DNA of 32,000 nt from Haloquadratum walsbyi C23 (GCF_000237865.1 NC_017459.1:1590001-1622000); one strand, 5' to 3'. Numbered from the stretch's first letter, positions 1 to 10,102 are shown. The notes: generated by a model not told the origin, from the sequence alone. Numbers and translations: made by a program.

Positions 1-550
1 AATCCGTTGATACGTCCTGCGTATAATCGCTCACTTCCTGCCATTGAATGAATAAATATAGTAAATACACAAATAACGGGATTACCGCAAGGGGACGAGT
101 AATCATCCCGACAAGTTCTCCACGATTTGGTGCTGGAAGATAAATAACTGCAAGTGCAAACGTCACAATAAGCGCTGAAACAGCGATCATATAGAACTGG
201 GCTTCTTTATACACAATATTTCGATTCGACTCAACACCTTGTTGTGCAAGTATCCCAGATAACGCGGGAATGACGAGGATATTGAATATTGCGGATCCAA
301 CAATAGTGCCAATACCCATACTAAAGACACCTGCTGCAGCGGTGAATACAACGCTTGCAAACTCAGGAAAACTCGACCCAATCGCAACAACAACTGAACC
401 CTGAACGACGGGTGGAAGCCCATAGTACGTTGAGAGACGTTCTGCTGCTCCTTCGAGCCATCCCGTCCCAATCCATACAAGTCCAGTCGCTACTAAGATG
501 ACAATAATGAATACAGATGGTGTCTGTGGCACCACGCCTGCAAGAACCAT
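1..550 (-). CDS. Ca2+/Na+ antiporter (CaCA family), N-terminal part; the gene runs off the left edge of the window
   Basis: I translated the minus strand by hand from the ATG at 550-548. It gives MVLAGVVPQTPSVFIIVILVATGLVWIGTGWLEGAAERLSTYYGLPPVVQGSVVVAIGSSFPEFASVVF.... It is hydrophobic throughout and carries the alpha-repeat signature G-S-S-x-P-E. It is absent from the ORF track, presumably because no stop lies inside the window. Confidence 0.7.
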   Translation of the reverse strand, partial: MVLAGVVPQTPSVFIIVILVATGLVWIGTGWLEGAAERLSTYYGLPPVVQGSVVVAIGSSFPEFASVVFTAAAGVFSMGIGTIVGSAIFNILVIPALSGILAQQGVESNRNIVYKEAQFYMIAVSALIVTFALAVIYLPAPNRGELVGMITRPLAVIPLFVYLLYLFIQWQEVSDYTQDVSTD

Positions 551-739
551 TATGATTCACCATGCAGACCTCCCTCCTGAATCTCCCGATTATATTATCT
601 ATCCGAATCAACTCAAAATTATCTCTAAAATCGCCATCAGTCTGTGTTTGTGGAAATTAAATAATGATACGTAAGCAATAGTGTGATTCCATGAGCCGTT
701 ATACAACAACTGATACGTGTGCGCTCACATATTATATAT

Positions 740-1624
740 ATGAAAATCCTCGTTGCAGGGGCGACCGGATTCGTTGGTCGTCGTTTAGTCCGTGCTCTTC
801 ACGACCAGAATCACGACGTTGTTGCTTTTTCACGAAGCGCCAGTGAGGCTGGATTTCCTTCAGGTGTCGAGCCATTTGAGGGTGATTTTGGCGATCCTGC
901 ATCGCTTGAGGGAATGTGTGATGATGTTGATGTTGCATATTATCTTATTCACTCATTGACCGCTGAGAATTTCGCTGAGCTTGATCGAACATACGCACGC
1001 CGATTTCGCCAGCGTGCATCGACAGCAGGCGTCGACCGTGTTATCTATCTGAGTGGAATCAGTGGCAATGAGCGGGATCTCTCACCACATCTTGCATCAC
1101 GACGAGAAGTTGAGGCTGTCTTAGAGGGAGGCGAGTATGAGTTGACAGTCCTTCGAGCAGCCGTCATTATTGGTCGCGGAAGTGCAAGTTTCCGAATTGT
1201 TGATGATCTTACAGATCGTCTTCCATTGATGGTGGTTCCGACATGGGTCCGCACTCCAGGAAATCCCATTGCTGTTGATGATGCAGTTAGGTATCTTGTG
1301 AGATTGCTCAGCGTACCGGAGACACGGGGGAAAATCTTCGATATTGGCGGTCCAAGTGTACTCTCATATGAAGAACTCCTTCGGATGACTGCAAACGTCA
1401 AAAACAAACGCGTATTGATTATTCCCGTTCCTGTGCTAACTCCCGAGTTGTCTTCACATTGGCTTCGACTTACGACCGATGTCCAATATCGCATTGCAAG
1501 ACCACTGGCGAAAAGCATGCGACATCCGGTGACAGTTGATGATGATCGGGATCTTCAAAATGTCGTTCCGATTGATCAGACCCCAATCAAGACTGCAATT
1601 AATCAGGCACTCACAGCAAACTAG
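740..1624 (+). CDS. NAD(P)-binding NmrA/SDR-type epimerase-dehydratase-like protein
   Basis: MKILVAGATGFVGRRLVRAL is a Rossmann GxxGxxG motif directly at the N-terminus. The ATG at 740 is preferred over the GTG at 719 given in the ORF track. Confidence 0.75.
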   Translation: MKILVAGATGFVGRRLVRALHDQNHDVVAFSRSASEAGFPSGVEPFEGDFGDPASLEGMCDDVDVAYYLIHSLTAENFAELDRTYARRFRQRASTAGVDRVIYLSGISGNERDLSPHLASRREVEAVLEGGEYELTVLRAAVIIGRGSASFRIVDDLTDRLPLMVVPTWVRTPGNPIAVDDAVRYLVRLLSVPETRGKIFDIGGPSVLSYEELLRMTANVKNKRVLIIPVPVLTPELSSHWLRLTTDVQYRIARPLAKSMRHPVTVDDDRDLQNVVPIDQTPIKTAINQALTAN

Positions 1625-1736
1625 TCTGGGTTTCATTTTCAGCTCTGAAGAATAGTGTACTGTGGTGACGCAACTCAGATATTCCAGAAATGAACGGTGA
1701 GCACTTGTACTTGTGGATGTGACTTTACTATCTACT

Positions 1737-2222
1737 ATGCCGACTGTTACGGTTGGAACAACCACCATTGAGTGTGACCACGGGGCAATCCTTCGTGACG
1801 TGCTTCAACGATATGACCTTGGAATAGACCCACACAATGGCGCTGCATCAGTTATCAACTGTCGTGGTCATGGGACGTGTGGAACTTGCGCGGTCGAAAT
1901 ACGATCAAATAACCATCACAGGAAGGATACAGGAACATCGAATGAAACTATTACTTCCACCGATACTAACAATTCTGTCGAGATGACAGCCGACATCGAC
2001 ACATCCAGTAGTCAGAACTCAACTAATAATCGCGAATCCGGTGATGCAGCTGCTCGTATTAACTCGCGCACAGCTATTGAGCGCGTTCGACTGTCGGTCC
2101 CGCCACACACATCTGATTCAGAACTCCGACTTGCGTGTCAAACGCGTGTTCTTGACGACATTAGGGTGATAAAACACGATGGACTGTGGGGGCATCACAC
2201 TGATGATGACCAAGACAAATAA
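1737..2222 (+). CDS. 2Fe-2S ferredoxin-like protein with a long low-complexity insertion
   Basis: Cys cluster NCRGHGTCGTC plus a distal LACQTRV. About 50 aa of S/T/N/D-rich sequence lies between the cluster ligands. The start could also be 1713. Confidence 0.55.
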   Translation: MPTVTVGTTTIECDHGAILRDVLQRYDLGIDPHNGAASVINCRGHGTCGTCAVEIRSNNHHRKDTGTSNETITSTDTNNSVEMTADIDTSSSQNSTNNRESGDAAARINSRTAIERVRLSVPPHTSDSELRLACQTRVLDDIRVIKHDGLWGHHTDDDQDK

Positions 2223-2243
2223 TGACATAGAGGAGTTACATCG

Positions 2244-2444
2244 ATGATTGGAAAACTAGTCGATATCGTTCGCGGGGCACTCACGATGTGGGGTAACGAC
2301 GATCCTCCTGTAGAGACACCTAATTATGGGCAATCTGTCACATATACACCGTGTCGAGTTTGTGACGAGGGTCGACTGGAATATCACTCAGAGACAAATG
2401 CTGATGTCTGCCAAACGTGTGGTGCGACATTTCCGCGGTCGTGA
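2244..2444 (+). CDS. small zinc-ribbon protein
   Basis: 66 aa with two CxxC pairs (CRVCDEG ... CQTCG). A GGAG lies a few nt upstream of the ATG. Confidence 0.5.
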   Translation: MIGKLVDIVRGALTMWGNDDPPVETPNYGQSVTYTPCRVCDEGRLEYHSETNADVCQTCGATFPRS

Positions 2445-2455
2445 CATCCTCGCCC

Positions 2456-2465
2456 GTTATAAACG
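2456..2465. repeat. Target-site duplication, left copy (GTTATAAACG)
   Basis: Identical 10-mer at 4127-4136, directly abutting both IS ends. The true duplication may be 9 bp, as for Tn5. Confidence 0.8.
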
Positions 2466-4126
2466 CTGTCTCTTACCCATAACTCAATACTAGAGGGTAA
2501 TTTCGACCAAATCAGGCATGAAAAGAAGAAATCAATCAAATTTCCATCAGTATCTGCCCAAGATTAGAGAAGTATCCATGAAGCCGCTTGGAAAGCTCAG
2601 CTGAACTCGTTATTTCGGCGGGTTCTGCTGAATGAGCCGCGAAGCGCGCTCATTCAGTACCGAGTTCGTATCCTTCAGCCCACATGCGTAGCTTCTGGAG
2701 TCCTTTCCACATCGTCTTCCACCCTGGTGGCGGATCTGAACCACGATCAAGATAACCGCCGAGTTTAGCCACGCTCACTGCGTATGATTTCCCATCTTGA
2801 CCGCTCAATTCTGGAAATTTCGTTTCCAGAATTGTGCGCTCTGCCTCACTCAGCAGGACCGCCGGAGATACTGAACTATCATCACGAGCAAGTTCTCGTA
2901 GCTCCAGAACTTTCCACGCGATCACTGAATACATGCTCAACAACACTTCCATCCGCTCCCAAGTCTGCAGTTGCCGTTCTTCGATGTTACAGCCACTCTT
3001 GAGCACTTTATGCCAGTCTTCAATTCGCCAGCGGAGACCGTAATAGTCGATGAGTGTCAGCGTTTCCTCAAACTCTTCGACCGATTCAGTGGTGAGCAAC
3101 ACCCACTGAATCGGGTCGTCATTTTCACCGACCTCGTCAACTCTCACGACATTCACCTCGATTGAACCCTCTTGTTCAGGATTATTCTTTGGCGCGCGCA
3201 ACTCACACGTTCCAGTGGCTATCGACAACTCCGCTGTTCTCGCTTCGCGCCCACCTCCCTGTTGAATCTCGATTGTTTTGCGACCTTGCTCGGCAAGGTC
3301 GCTGCTCCAGTCAAAGAGTTTTCCAGGTTCACCATCATCAGTCCAAATCCGTCGGTTTTGACTCGCTCGGATGATGAAGCCAGCATTTTCCATCTCTCTG
3401 GTGACTCCCTCGTAGAACGCGAATGAATCTGCGCCTCGGTCATGGATAAATAGCGGGCGGATATCGTCGGCAAGCCAGTCTCTGGCTTGCCTGTCGCCAC
3501 GGCTCCATTTCTCATGTTCACTGTCAAGTTGAATCGGCTCTGCTTTGCCGTTGGCATCGTACTTCTCATCGGCCTGCTGGTCCTCGATCAGCGGCTGCTG
3601 ATCGATGACCCCAGTCATTCGATGGGTCCGTGGATTGATTCCGATCGTGGAGTGAAGCTTGATACCTTCGAGATCCATTTCAGAGTTGCCAATATCGCCG
3701 AGACCCTCCTTGGAGGGGTGTCTCGGAAACACGAGTTCGGTGGTATCGGAGACAATCAGGAGTTCGTCTGACCGACTCACTCTTGATTGCTGTTGCTGCT
3801 TGTGAGCAGAGAGAACCTCGTTGGGATCCACACTCTCATTATCGCAAAATCGGTATGTAGCTTTTGTGGACGCCCAGTCTCCGCAGGCAGCAGGGATGGA
3901 CTCGGCAGGTGAGCTGCCGAGTTCATCCCCAAGTTGTACTAGTCGGTCACTCAGGCGCTTGTCTCCAAACTCGGCTGATCGAAACTCCGTTTGAATCCAT
4001 CCTGAAACATCCATGTCACACAGCTGCCCATCTTCATCGAGTTCTGGCTTCCAACTCCGTGAGCGACGCCCCATCTACCAATCTTGGTTCGTCTACTCTT
4101 GTATTACACTTGTGGGTAAGAGACAG
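2466..4126 (-). mobile_element. Complete IS4-family (Tn5/IS50-like) insertion sequence, about 1.66 kb
   Basis: Imperfect terminal inverted repeats: CTGTCTCTTACCCATAACTCAATAC (2466-2490) against the reverse complement of 4101-4126 (CTGTCTCTTACCCACAAGTGTAATAC). The 14 outermost bp are identical and resemble the Tn5 end CTGTCTCTT. There is a single transposase ORF, and the element is flanked by the direct repeat GTTATAAACG. Confidence 0.85.
2650..4074 (-). CDS. IS4-family DDE transposase (Tn5-like)
   Basis: The N-terminus (FGDKRLSDRLVQLGDEL...KATYRFCDNESV) resembles the Tn5 Tnp DNA-binding region. DDE context: LLIVSDTTEL, FIHDRGADSF. Y-(2)-R-(3)-E-(6)-K signature: YYGLRWRIEDWHKVLKSG. Confidence 0.85.
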   Translation of the reverse strand: MGRRSRSWKPELDEDGQLCDMDVSGWIQTEFRSAEFGDKRLSDRLVQLGDELGSSPAESIPAACGDWASTKATYRFCDNESVDPNEVLSAHKQQQQSRVSRSDELLIVSDTTELVFPRHPSKEGLGDIGNSEMDLEGIKLHSTIGINPRTHRMTGVIDQQPLIEDQQADEKYDANGKAEPIQLDSEHEKWSRGDRQARDWLADDIRPLFIHDRGADSFAFYEGVTREMENAGFIIRASQNRRIWTDDGEPGKLFDWSSDLAEQGRKTIEIQQGGGREARTAELSIATGTCELRAPKNNPEQEGSIEVNVVRVDEVGENDDPIQWVLLTTESVEEFEETLTLIDYYGLRWRIEDWHKVLKSGCNIEERQLQTWERMEVLLSMYSVIAWKVLELRELARDDSSVSPAVLLSEAERTILETKFPELSGQDGKSYAVSVAKLGGYLDRGSDPPPGWKTMWKGLQKLRMWAEGYELGTE

Positions 4127-4136
4127 GTTATAAACG
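4127..4136. repeat. Target-site duplication, right copy (GTTATAAACG)
   Basis: Identical to 2456-2465. Confidence 0.8.
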
Positions 4137-4184
4137 GCGGGATTCTCTCGCTGATTAAAGATAGGTATTGCCTTGACACTCAGA

Positions 4185-4517
4185 TTATCCCTTCTTGAAT
4201 CCAGCGAGAAATCCACCGGTAAACCCAACCGAGACTGAAAGCGTCGAGAGAATTGTTGAGATCCATCCGGGCGGCGTGCCGTCAGCCGCGCTTTGTGTCG
4301 TTTCAGCAAGCCCAGCAGTCAGCCGACTCCAATCAACAAAGATGATATCTCGTGATTCGAGAAATTTGAATATTGCAAGTTCAATCCCAACGAGTAGTGC
4401 AATCAGCTTTGCAACCTTTTTAGCCGCAAATCCAATTACTGCCCCAATGACCGCTCCGCTACCAAATTCAATCCCAAGTTGTGTTGGATCCAGTGATAGC
4501 TGCAGTAAGTCGACCAT
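4185..4517 (-). CDS. small membrane protein, FUN14-like
   Basis: 110 aa with Gly-rich TM segments (GSGAVIGAVIGFAAKKVAKLIALLVGIELAIF ... VGFTGGFLAGFKKG). The family call is from pattern recognition only. Confidence 0.5.
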   Translation of the reverse strand: MVDLLQLSLDPTQLGIEFGSGAVIGAVIGFAAKKVAKLIALLVGIELAIFKFLESRDIIFVDWSRLTAGLAETTQSAADGTPPGWISTILSTLSVSVGFTGGFLAGFKKG

Positions 4518-4839
4518 GCTACGTTTCTACTGTTTGCGGATAAATCATTTGTGTAATGATACAATTAAACTCACCCCAGGGCAGTCGACTCGATCGCCTG
4601 CACATCGACTCAGATAATAACTGTTGTACTTGTATAATGTATATCTGTGCCAGCAGGGCTGATAGTGTTCAAGTATCTTGACGTTCTATTCATGATGAAA
4701 CAGTGCAGGAATCAAATATACATTGGCGGAAACCGCATAACACAGGTTGCATAGCACGGAAGATGTATGCTGGGACCGCCTTTACTGCAATCACTGTTCG
4801 AGGTCATATCGCACAGACAGAAGGGATTGAGGTGAGATT

Positions 4840-6525
4840 ATGACGATATCTCCAGTCATTGTTGCACAACGAGTCGACCCCAACGCAGTCGCAGACTTAA
4901 GCGAAATTGCTGATCTCGCTAGAGCGGCTGGATATGATGTGAGCAATACCCTTACACAATCGCGGGAAGAGGATGCAGCATATCACTTTGGCGAGGGAAA
5001 GATAGAAGCACTCGCGAGATTGGTCAAGCAAACCGACGCAGAGGCAGTTATCGTTGACAATCGCCTTGGACCATATCAGACATATAACATTGGGGGGAAA
5101 CTCCCGACCGGAGTTGAAGTTATTGACCGGTTTACGCTTATTTTAGAGATTTTCGGGCAACGGGCGAACACCCGAAAGGCACAACTCCAAGTTGAACTCG
5201 CTGAACTACGATATGAATTGCCACGAGTGGAGGCAAAATCATCGCTCGCAAAACGTGATGAACGACCAGGGTTCATGGGACTTGGTGAGTATGATGAAAG
5301 TCGCGAGCGGGATATTAAAGCGCAAATTTCACGAATCAGTCAAGAACTAGATGCAATTGCTGAAAAAGAGCAAACACGTCGTGAACAGCGTCGTGAGTCT
5401 GGCTTCGACCTTGTTGCCCTTGCAGGATATACGAATGCAGGGAAGTCAACATTACTTCGCCGACTTGCGGATGATCTTGATATTACCGAGAATAAAAATC
5501 GACATCCAGATCTCGAGCAGACGGCTGAGTCTGAGGATCGATTGTTCACCACACTTGGAACGACAACACGGCGAGCCGATACCGGACGGCGAGATGTACT
5601 ACTGACCGACACCGTTGGGTTTGTCTCCGATCTCCCACATTGGCTTGTTGAATCGTTTGAGTCAACACTCGACTCAGTGTACCGAGCCGATCTTGTCTTA
5701 CTTGTGGTTGATGCCTCAGAGTCAATTGATGCAATGCGTGAGAAGCTCATCACCAGCCATGATACGCTCTATGAGCGTAATGAAGCTCCAATTGTTACTG
5801 TCTTGAATAAAACCGACTGTGTTGAGGAAGGGGAACTTGATCGGAAGATGCAATCGCTTGATGCGCTAGCACCGAATCCGGTCGCTGTTTCAGGGCTTAC
5901 TGGTGAAAATATTGAGCAGTTGACGAATCGAATCGAGAATGAACTCCCGTCATGGCACGACGAGCGGCTGCTTCTGCCGTTGTCGGACGATGCAATGAGC
6001 CTCGTTTCATGGTTATATAATCACGGTCATGTCGAAAATGAAGAATACACTGATACCGGCGATGCAGTGCTTATCGAGTTCTCTGCTCGATCAACGATTG
6101 TTAAGCGAGCACGCGCGAAAGCAGCCGAACTTGAGGAGTCCCCATCAAAAGGAGCGTCAGATGAAAGTGCAAACACACACGATTCAAACGGAGTGAATAC
6201 CAAAACACAAGCACAACTGAGTGAGCGCAGACATGACAATGAAATAATGGAATCAGAGTCAAACCCGGAGCGAATGGACACAGCAAGTGACCGTGAGTCG
6301 ACATCGTATGAGGAGTCTGATACTACCCACCAAGTTGCTTCAGATAGTCCTCCTGATCGCATGTCAGACTCGACTCGCGAGATTCACCATAATAATCCGT
6401 CACAGGTCACTGAGGATGATGTCACTCAGGAAGATCATATAGACGCAGTAGATATCGATGTGAATTACCCGCTCATGAGTGAAAAGAATTCATCCGATAC
6501 TGACACGAATTCTAAAGCTGAGTAG
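4840..6525 (+). CDS. hflX: GTPase HflX with an acidic/Ser-Thr-rich C-terminal extension of about 140 aa
   Basis: HflX N-domain (RKAQLQVELAELRYELPR). G1 GYTNAGKST, G3 DTVGF, G4 NKTD. The low-complexity tail starts at about nt 6112. Confidence 0.85.
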   Translation: MTISPVIVAQRVDPNAVADLSEIADLARAAGYDVSNTLTQSREEDAAYHFGEGKIEALARLVKQTDAEAVIVDNRLGPYQTYNIGGKLPTGVEVIDRFTLILEIFGQRANTRKAQLQVELAELRYELPRVEAKSSLAKRDERPGFMGLGEYDESRERDIKAQISRISQELDAIAEKEQTRREQRRESGFDLVALAGYTNAGKSTLLRRLADDLDITENKNRHPDLEQTAESEDRLFTTLGTTTRRADTGRRDVLLTDTVGFVSDLPHWLVESFESTLDSVYRADLVLLVVDASESIDAMREKLITSHDTLYERNEAPIVTVLNKTDCVEEGELDRKMQSLDALAPNPVAVSGLTGENIEQLTNRIENELPSWHDERLLLPLSDDAMSLVSWLYNHGHVENEEYTDTGDAVLIEFSARSTIVKRARAKAAELEESPSKGASDESANTHDSNGVNTKTQAQLSERRHDNEIMESESNPERMDTASDRESTSYEESDTTHQVASDSPPDRMSDSTREIHHNNPSQVTEDDVTQEDHIDAVDIDVNYPLMSEKNSSDTDTNSKAE

Positions 6526-6554
6526 GGGTATATTCTCTCTTCTCGTTTGTCATT

Positions 6555-7094
6555 CTACGTTTCACTTTGTTTTTGTTTATTTACAACCTCGATATTGGTG
6601 ATTGCTGTTTTAGGATATTGCCCTGCGTCATCTTTCTCAGCAGCTTTTACCATATCCCAAATAACATTTAATCCTGTTGTCACACCCTCAAGTGCTTCCA
6701 TTTCACACCCGGTTTTACCAGTTGTCTCAACGGTGACACGTAGCTCAACTGCAGTCTCATGCAGATCAAATACCGTGTCGACATTTGTAATTGGGATTTG
6801 ATGACACATTGGGATGGTCTCCCATGTATGTTTGACTGCCTGTATAGCACCGATCCGTGCAGTCGCAAGGACATCGCCCTTTCCAATTTCATTGTCGCGG
6901 ACCGCATCAACTGTTGTTTGTGTGAGTTCGATCTCCCCACGAGCGCTGGCCCGTCGATTTGTGTCCGGTTTCGCTCCGACATCAACCATCTGTGCATCAC
7001 CGTCAGCATTGACATGCGTCAATTCTGTATCAGGGCTTTGATTTTCATTATCAGAGTGTTTGGTGTCTGTTTGTGTATTAATATCCTCAGTCAT
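6555..7094 (-). CDS. moaC: cyclic pyranopterin monophosphate synthase MoaC
   Basis: MVDVGAKPDTNRRASARGEI...IPMCHQIPIT...TGKTGCEMEALEGV, typical of the MoaC core. Overlaps the stop of the upstream gene by 8 nt. Confidence 0.85.
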   Translation of the reverse strand: MTEDINTQTDTKHSDNENQSPDTELTHVNADGDAQMVDVGAKPDTNRRASARGEIELTQTTVDAVRDNEIGKGDVLATARIGAIQAVKHTWETIPMCHQIPITNVDTVFDLHETAVELRVTVETTGKTGCEMEALEGVTTGLNVIWDMVKAAEKDDAGQYPKTAITNIEVVNKQKQSET

Positions 7095-8592
7095 CTGAGC
7101 TCACCCCTGCTGTCACATCTTTTGGATCCTGTAATGCAGTTGGTATTGTCTCTAAAAGATCCGTTGCAAGCAGCCCATTTCCGCGCTTCTCAACGGTGAT
7201 ATCGCCAGCCCGACCGTTAGCGTATGCACCGACGGTTGCTGCTTGAATCGGGCTAAGAACGCATGCAAGTGCGCCAACGACACCTGCGAGGATATCGCCT
7301 GTACCACCGACTGTCATTCCTGGATTTCCAGTTCGATTTATTCGGGTTGTTTCGCCATTACTAATGATATCAATTGCTCCTTTGACAAGTAATGTATGAC
7401 TATCAGAAAGTTCTGAGATGAATGCTGACATTTTCTTTGCTCGATGCTCCCAGTCATCCGCTGTTTCACCCCCCATTGCCTCTAATTCGCCTTGATGTGG
7501 TGTGCAGATTATCTCACCAGCAGGGTCAACCGTCGGAACAACCGACAGTGCATCAGCATCGACAACGACCGTTCCAGTGTGCCCGCGGAGAAACGAAGCA
7601 ACGACTGATAGTGTTTTTTCATCATCACCAAGCCCTGGACCAAGTACCGTGACATCATGATCCGCCGCAAGTGACTGCACATGTTCAAGCGCAGTTGGTG
7701 TAAGTCGTTCTCCAGGATATGCCCTAACGATTAGGCTCTCACTGTAACTTTGTATTTCATCAGCGATTGCCACTGGGCATGCAATACGAACCAAATCAGC
7801 GCCAGCCCGTAGTGCTGCTTGTGCACTCAATGCGGGAGCACCAGTGTATGGTCCACCACCGATGATAAGCACCTCACCGAAGTCACCCTTATGACTTTGT
7901 GTAGGGCGTGAAAGCGAATACAGATCACCAGGTCCAGCAGTCTGCTCGGCTGCCTGTGGAATACCGATATCTGCGACTGTTACACCTGCATCAATCGCCG
8001 TGAGTCCTGGTTTTTGATCATGAAATGTAACGACATGATTTGGCTCAACCGCAACACCTGTGGATGAACCTGTATCAGCATTGACCCCTGAGGGCACATC
8101 AACTGATAAAACGGTCGCATCAGTATGATTGATCTGGCTGGCTGCTGTTGCCTCAGGTTCGCGAAGAGCACCGGTGACTCCCGTCCCAAGCATTGCATCA
8201 ACGACAATGTCTGGTGATTCGCCATTTGGTCCGACGATTTCGATACTCGATGTATCTTGAACAACTGTTGTGTCGTACCCACCCTTCATGAGTGCCTCCC
8301 AATTTTGCTTTGCGGTTGATGTTCGGATTGTCTCTGGACGCCCTAATAACAAAACACTCACAATATACTCATCAAGGAATCGAGCGGTAACAAAGCCATC
8401 ACCACCATTGTTTCCACGTCCTGCAACAATAACAGCGACTGGTGGTGTCTCTGATTCAACGTCTACATCAGTCAGCTCCCGCACTGTCTTCGCAACAGCG
8501 TTACCACCTGATTCCATGAGCTGTTGTGGAGAGACCCCCAGTGCCTCAGCGTTACGATCCACAGCTGCCATGCGTGCACTTGTGATCATCAT
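7087..8592 (-). CDS. nnr: bifunctional NAD(P)H-hydrate repair enzyme (epimerase / ADP-dependent dehydratase)
   Basis: YjeF-N motif GRGNNGGDG and a C-terminal carbohydrate-kinase motif GGTGDILAG. The start is taken at MMITSARM; the ORF track extends to 8625. Confidence 0.85.
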   Translation of the reverse strand: MMITSARMAAVDRNAEALGVSPQQLMESGGNAVAKTVRELTDVDVESETPPVAVIVAGRGNNGGDGFVTARFLDEYIVSVLLLGRPETIRTSTAKQNWEALMKGGYDTTVVQDTSSIEIVGPNGESPDIVVDAMLGTGVTGALREPEATAASQINHTDATVLSVDVPSGVNADTGSSTGVAVEPNHVVTFHDQKPGLTAIDAGVTVADIGIPQAAEQTAGPGDLYSLSRPTQSHKGDFGEVLIIGGGPYTGAPALSAQAALRAGADLVRIACPVAIADEIQSYSESLIVRAYPGERLTPTALEHVQSLAADHDVTVLGPGLGDDEKTLSVVASFLRGHTGTVVVDADALSVVPTVDPAGEIICTPHQGELEAMGGETADDWEHRAKKMSAFISELSDSHTLLVKGAIDIISNGETTRINRTGNPGMTVGGTGDILAGVVGALACVLSPIQAATVGAYANGRAGDITVEKRGNGLLATDLLETIPTALQDPKDVTAGVSSDD

Positions 8593-8833
8593 CTCACCCT
8601 CGCAGGCCAGCCACGAAAAATCCAACGTCGAATCATGACCTCATGAGGACAAAAAATAACTAGCATATATAGAGGTGAGACACCCTGAATCATCGATCAC
8701 AGGAATTAGCTCCCTACCGATATATCTGTAGTCACGCCCTATTTTTCGAACTGTATCGTCATGAAATGCATAATATATTACATAGTGATCGAAATCCGGA
8801 AGCCTTCTGTTGGCTCCAAACTAAAATTAGTAT

Positions 8834-10018
8834 GTGACGCGACGGCTCTTTGGAACTCTTTGTGGATTGGTCCTCCTCGTTAATTTTGGACGGACGGTGT
8901 TTGCACCACTCGTTGAACCACTTCAAGTAGCCTTTGGTGTTGGTCCAGCGACAATTGGATTTGTAACGACACTTGTCTGGGTCGGAAGTGCACTCCCACG
9001 TATTCCGGTTGGATACGTGCTTACCCGTGTTCCACGACACCATGTTGTTCTTACAGCGGGCGGACTCCTTTCGGTGTCAGCAGCATTTACTGCAAGTGCA
9101 ACGTCCATTTGGACGCTTCAACTAGGAGCACTTGCAATTGGTATTGCTTCTGGTGGATACTTTGTTGCTGCCATCCCATTGATTGGTGAACTCCGACCGG
9201 ACCGGGTTGGTCGATCAATCGGAATTCATGGAACGGCTGCACAAATAGCAGCCGTCATTGCGGCACCTATTGCCGTTGCTGCGGTAACAGCGCTTGATTG
9301 GCGTGCAGCCTTTTGGGCGCTTGCAGTGACTACAGCAGTAACAACAATACTGCTTGCTGGTACAGCTCGTGCCATTGAAGGACAAATCGGCACTGGACCT
9401 GACAGAGACTTCTCTGCAGTACTCACACACTGGCGTGTTGTCGTCGTTGGACTCATTATGATTGTCGTTGCCGGATTCGTCTGGCAGGGTGTATTCAATT
9501 TTTATGTTTCATATCTGATTGACGCTAAATCAATCCCTGCTGCACAAGCAGGTGGATATCTCACAATCGTCTTTGCGGCTGGTGTTCCTGCATTCTGGCT
9601 CTCAGGACAGCTCGTTGACCGATTTGCACCAGTCCCATACATCCTCACAATGCTCGGTGTGTACGCTACATCATTATTTATGCTTACCCGCGTTTCCGGT
9701 ATTGTCGGCATTCTTAGCTGCTCAATACTCATTGGATTCGCAATCCATAGTCTCTTTCCGGCATTGGATACATGGCTGCTTGGTGTTCTTCCATCTGAGG
9801 TTCGTGCAAGCGCGTATGCTGTTTTCAGTGGAATTGCACTTTTGATTGAGGCAACAGGAAGCAGTGCTGTTGGGTTACTGACTGCTGCAGGATATACCTT
9901 CGATGCCGTGTTTACCCTCTTCGCCGCCGGAGTTGCTGTTGTATTAATAGCACTGCTCATCGCTTTTCACGGTGGATCGATTCCACAACCAGCAGCAGTG
10001 GAGCCGACTGGTGAATAA
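8834..10018 (+). CDS. MFS-type transporter
   Basis: 394 aa, hydrophobic throughout, with about 12 predicted TM stretches. Apparent GTG start. Substrate unknown. Confidence 0.7.
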   Translation: MTRRLFGTLCGLVLLVNFGRTVFAPLVEPLQVAFGVGPATIGFVTTLVWVGSALPRIPVGYVLTRVPRHHVVLTAGGLLSVSAAFTASATSIWTLQLGALAIGIASGGYFVAAIPLIGELRPDRVGRSIGIHGTAAQIAAVIAAPIAVAAVTALDWRAAFWALAVTTAVTTILLAGTARAIEGQIGTGPDRDFSAVLTHWRVVVVGLIMIVVAGFVWQGVFNFYVSYLIDAKSIPAAQAGGYLTIVFAAGVPAFWLSGQLVDRFAPVPYILTMLGVYATSLFMLTRVSGIVGILSCSILIGFAIHSLFPALDTWLLGVLPSEVRASAYAVFSGIALLIEATGSSAVGLLTAAGYTFDAVFTLFAAGVAVVLIALLIAFHGGSIPQPAAVEPTGE

Positions 10019-10102
10019 ACGACATGAGATGTGTTTTTCTCTAGGATGAGACGAAGGTCAAATGATGAACAGTGTCACTACTTAATCGATAACTCAGCCT
10101 GA

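Noticed and set aside
187-611. Track ORFs 187-480 and 363-611 (minus strand)
   Set aside because: They are alternative frames over the CaCA antiporter gene, whose true frame (ATG at 550) is open to the window edge and carries the GSSFPE motif.
4195-4617. 140-aa plus-strand ORF, and similar antisense ORFs (e.g. 1045-1518, 5340-5753, 9226-9498, 9502-9960, 14273-14761, 16293-16598, 18221-18514, 18899-19228, 22078-22473, 20781-21110)
   Set aside because: Each lies entirely antisense to, or out of frame within, a gene that has clear family motifs. Their products are Ser/Arg/Pro-rich shadow translations.
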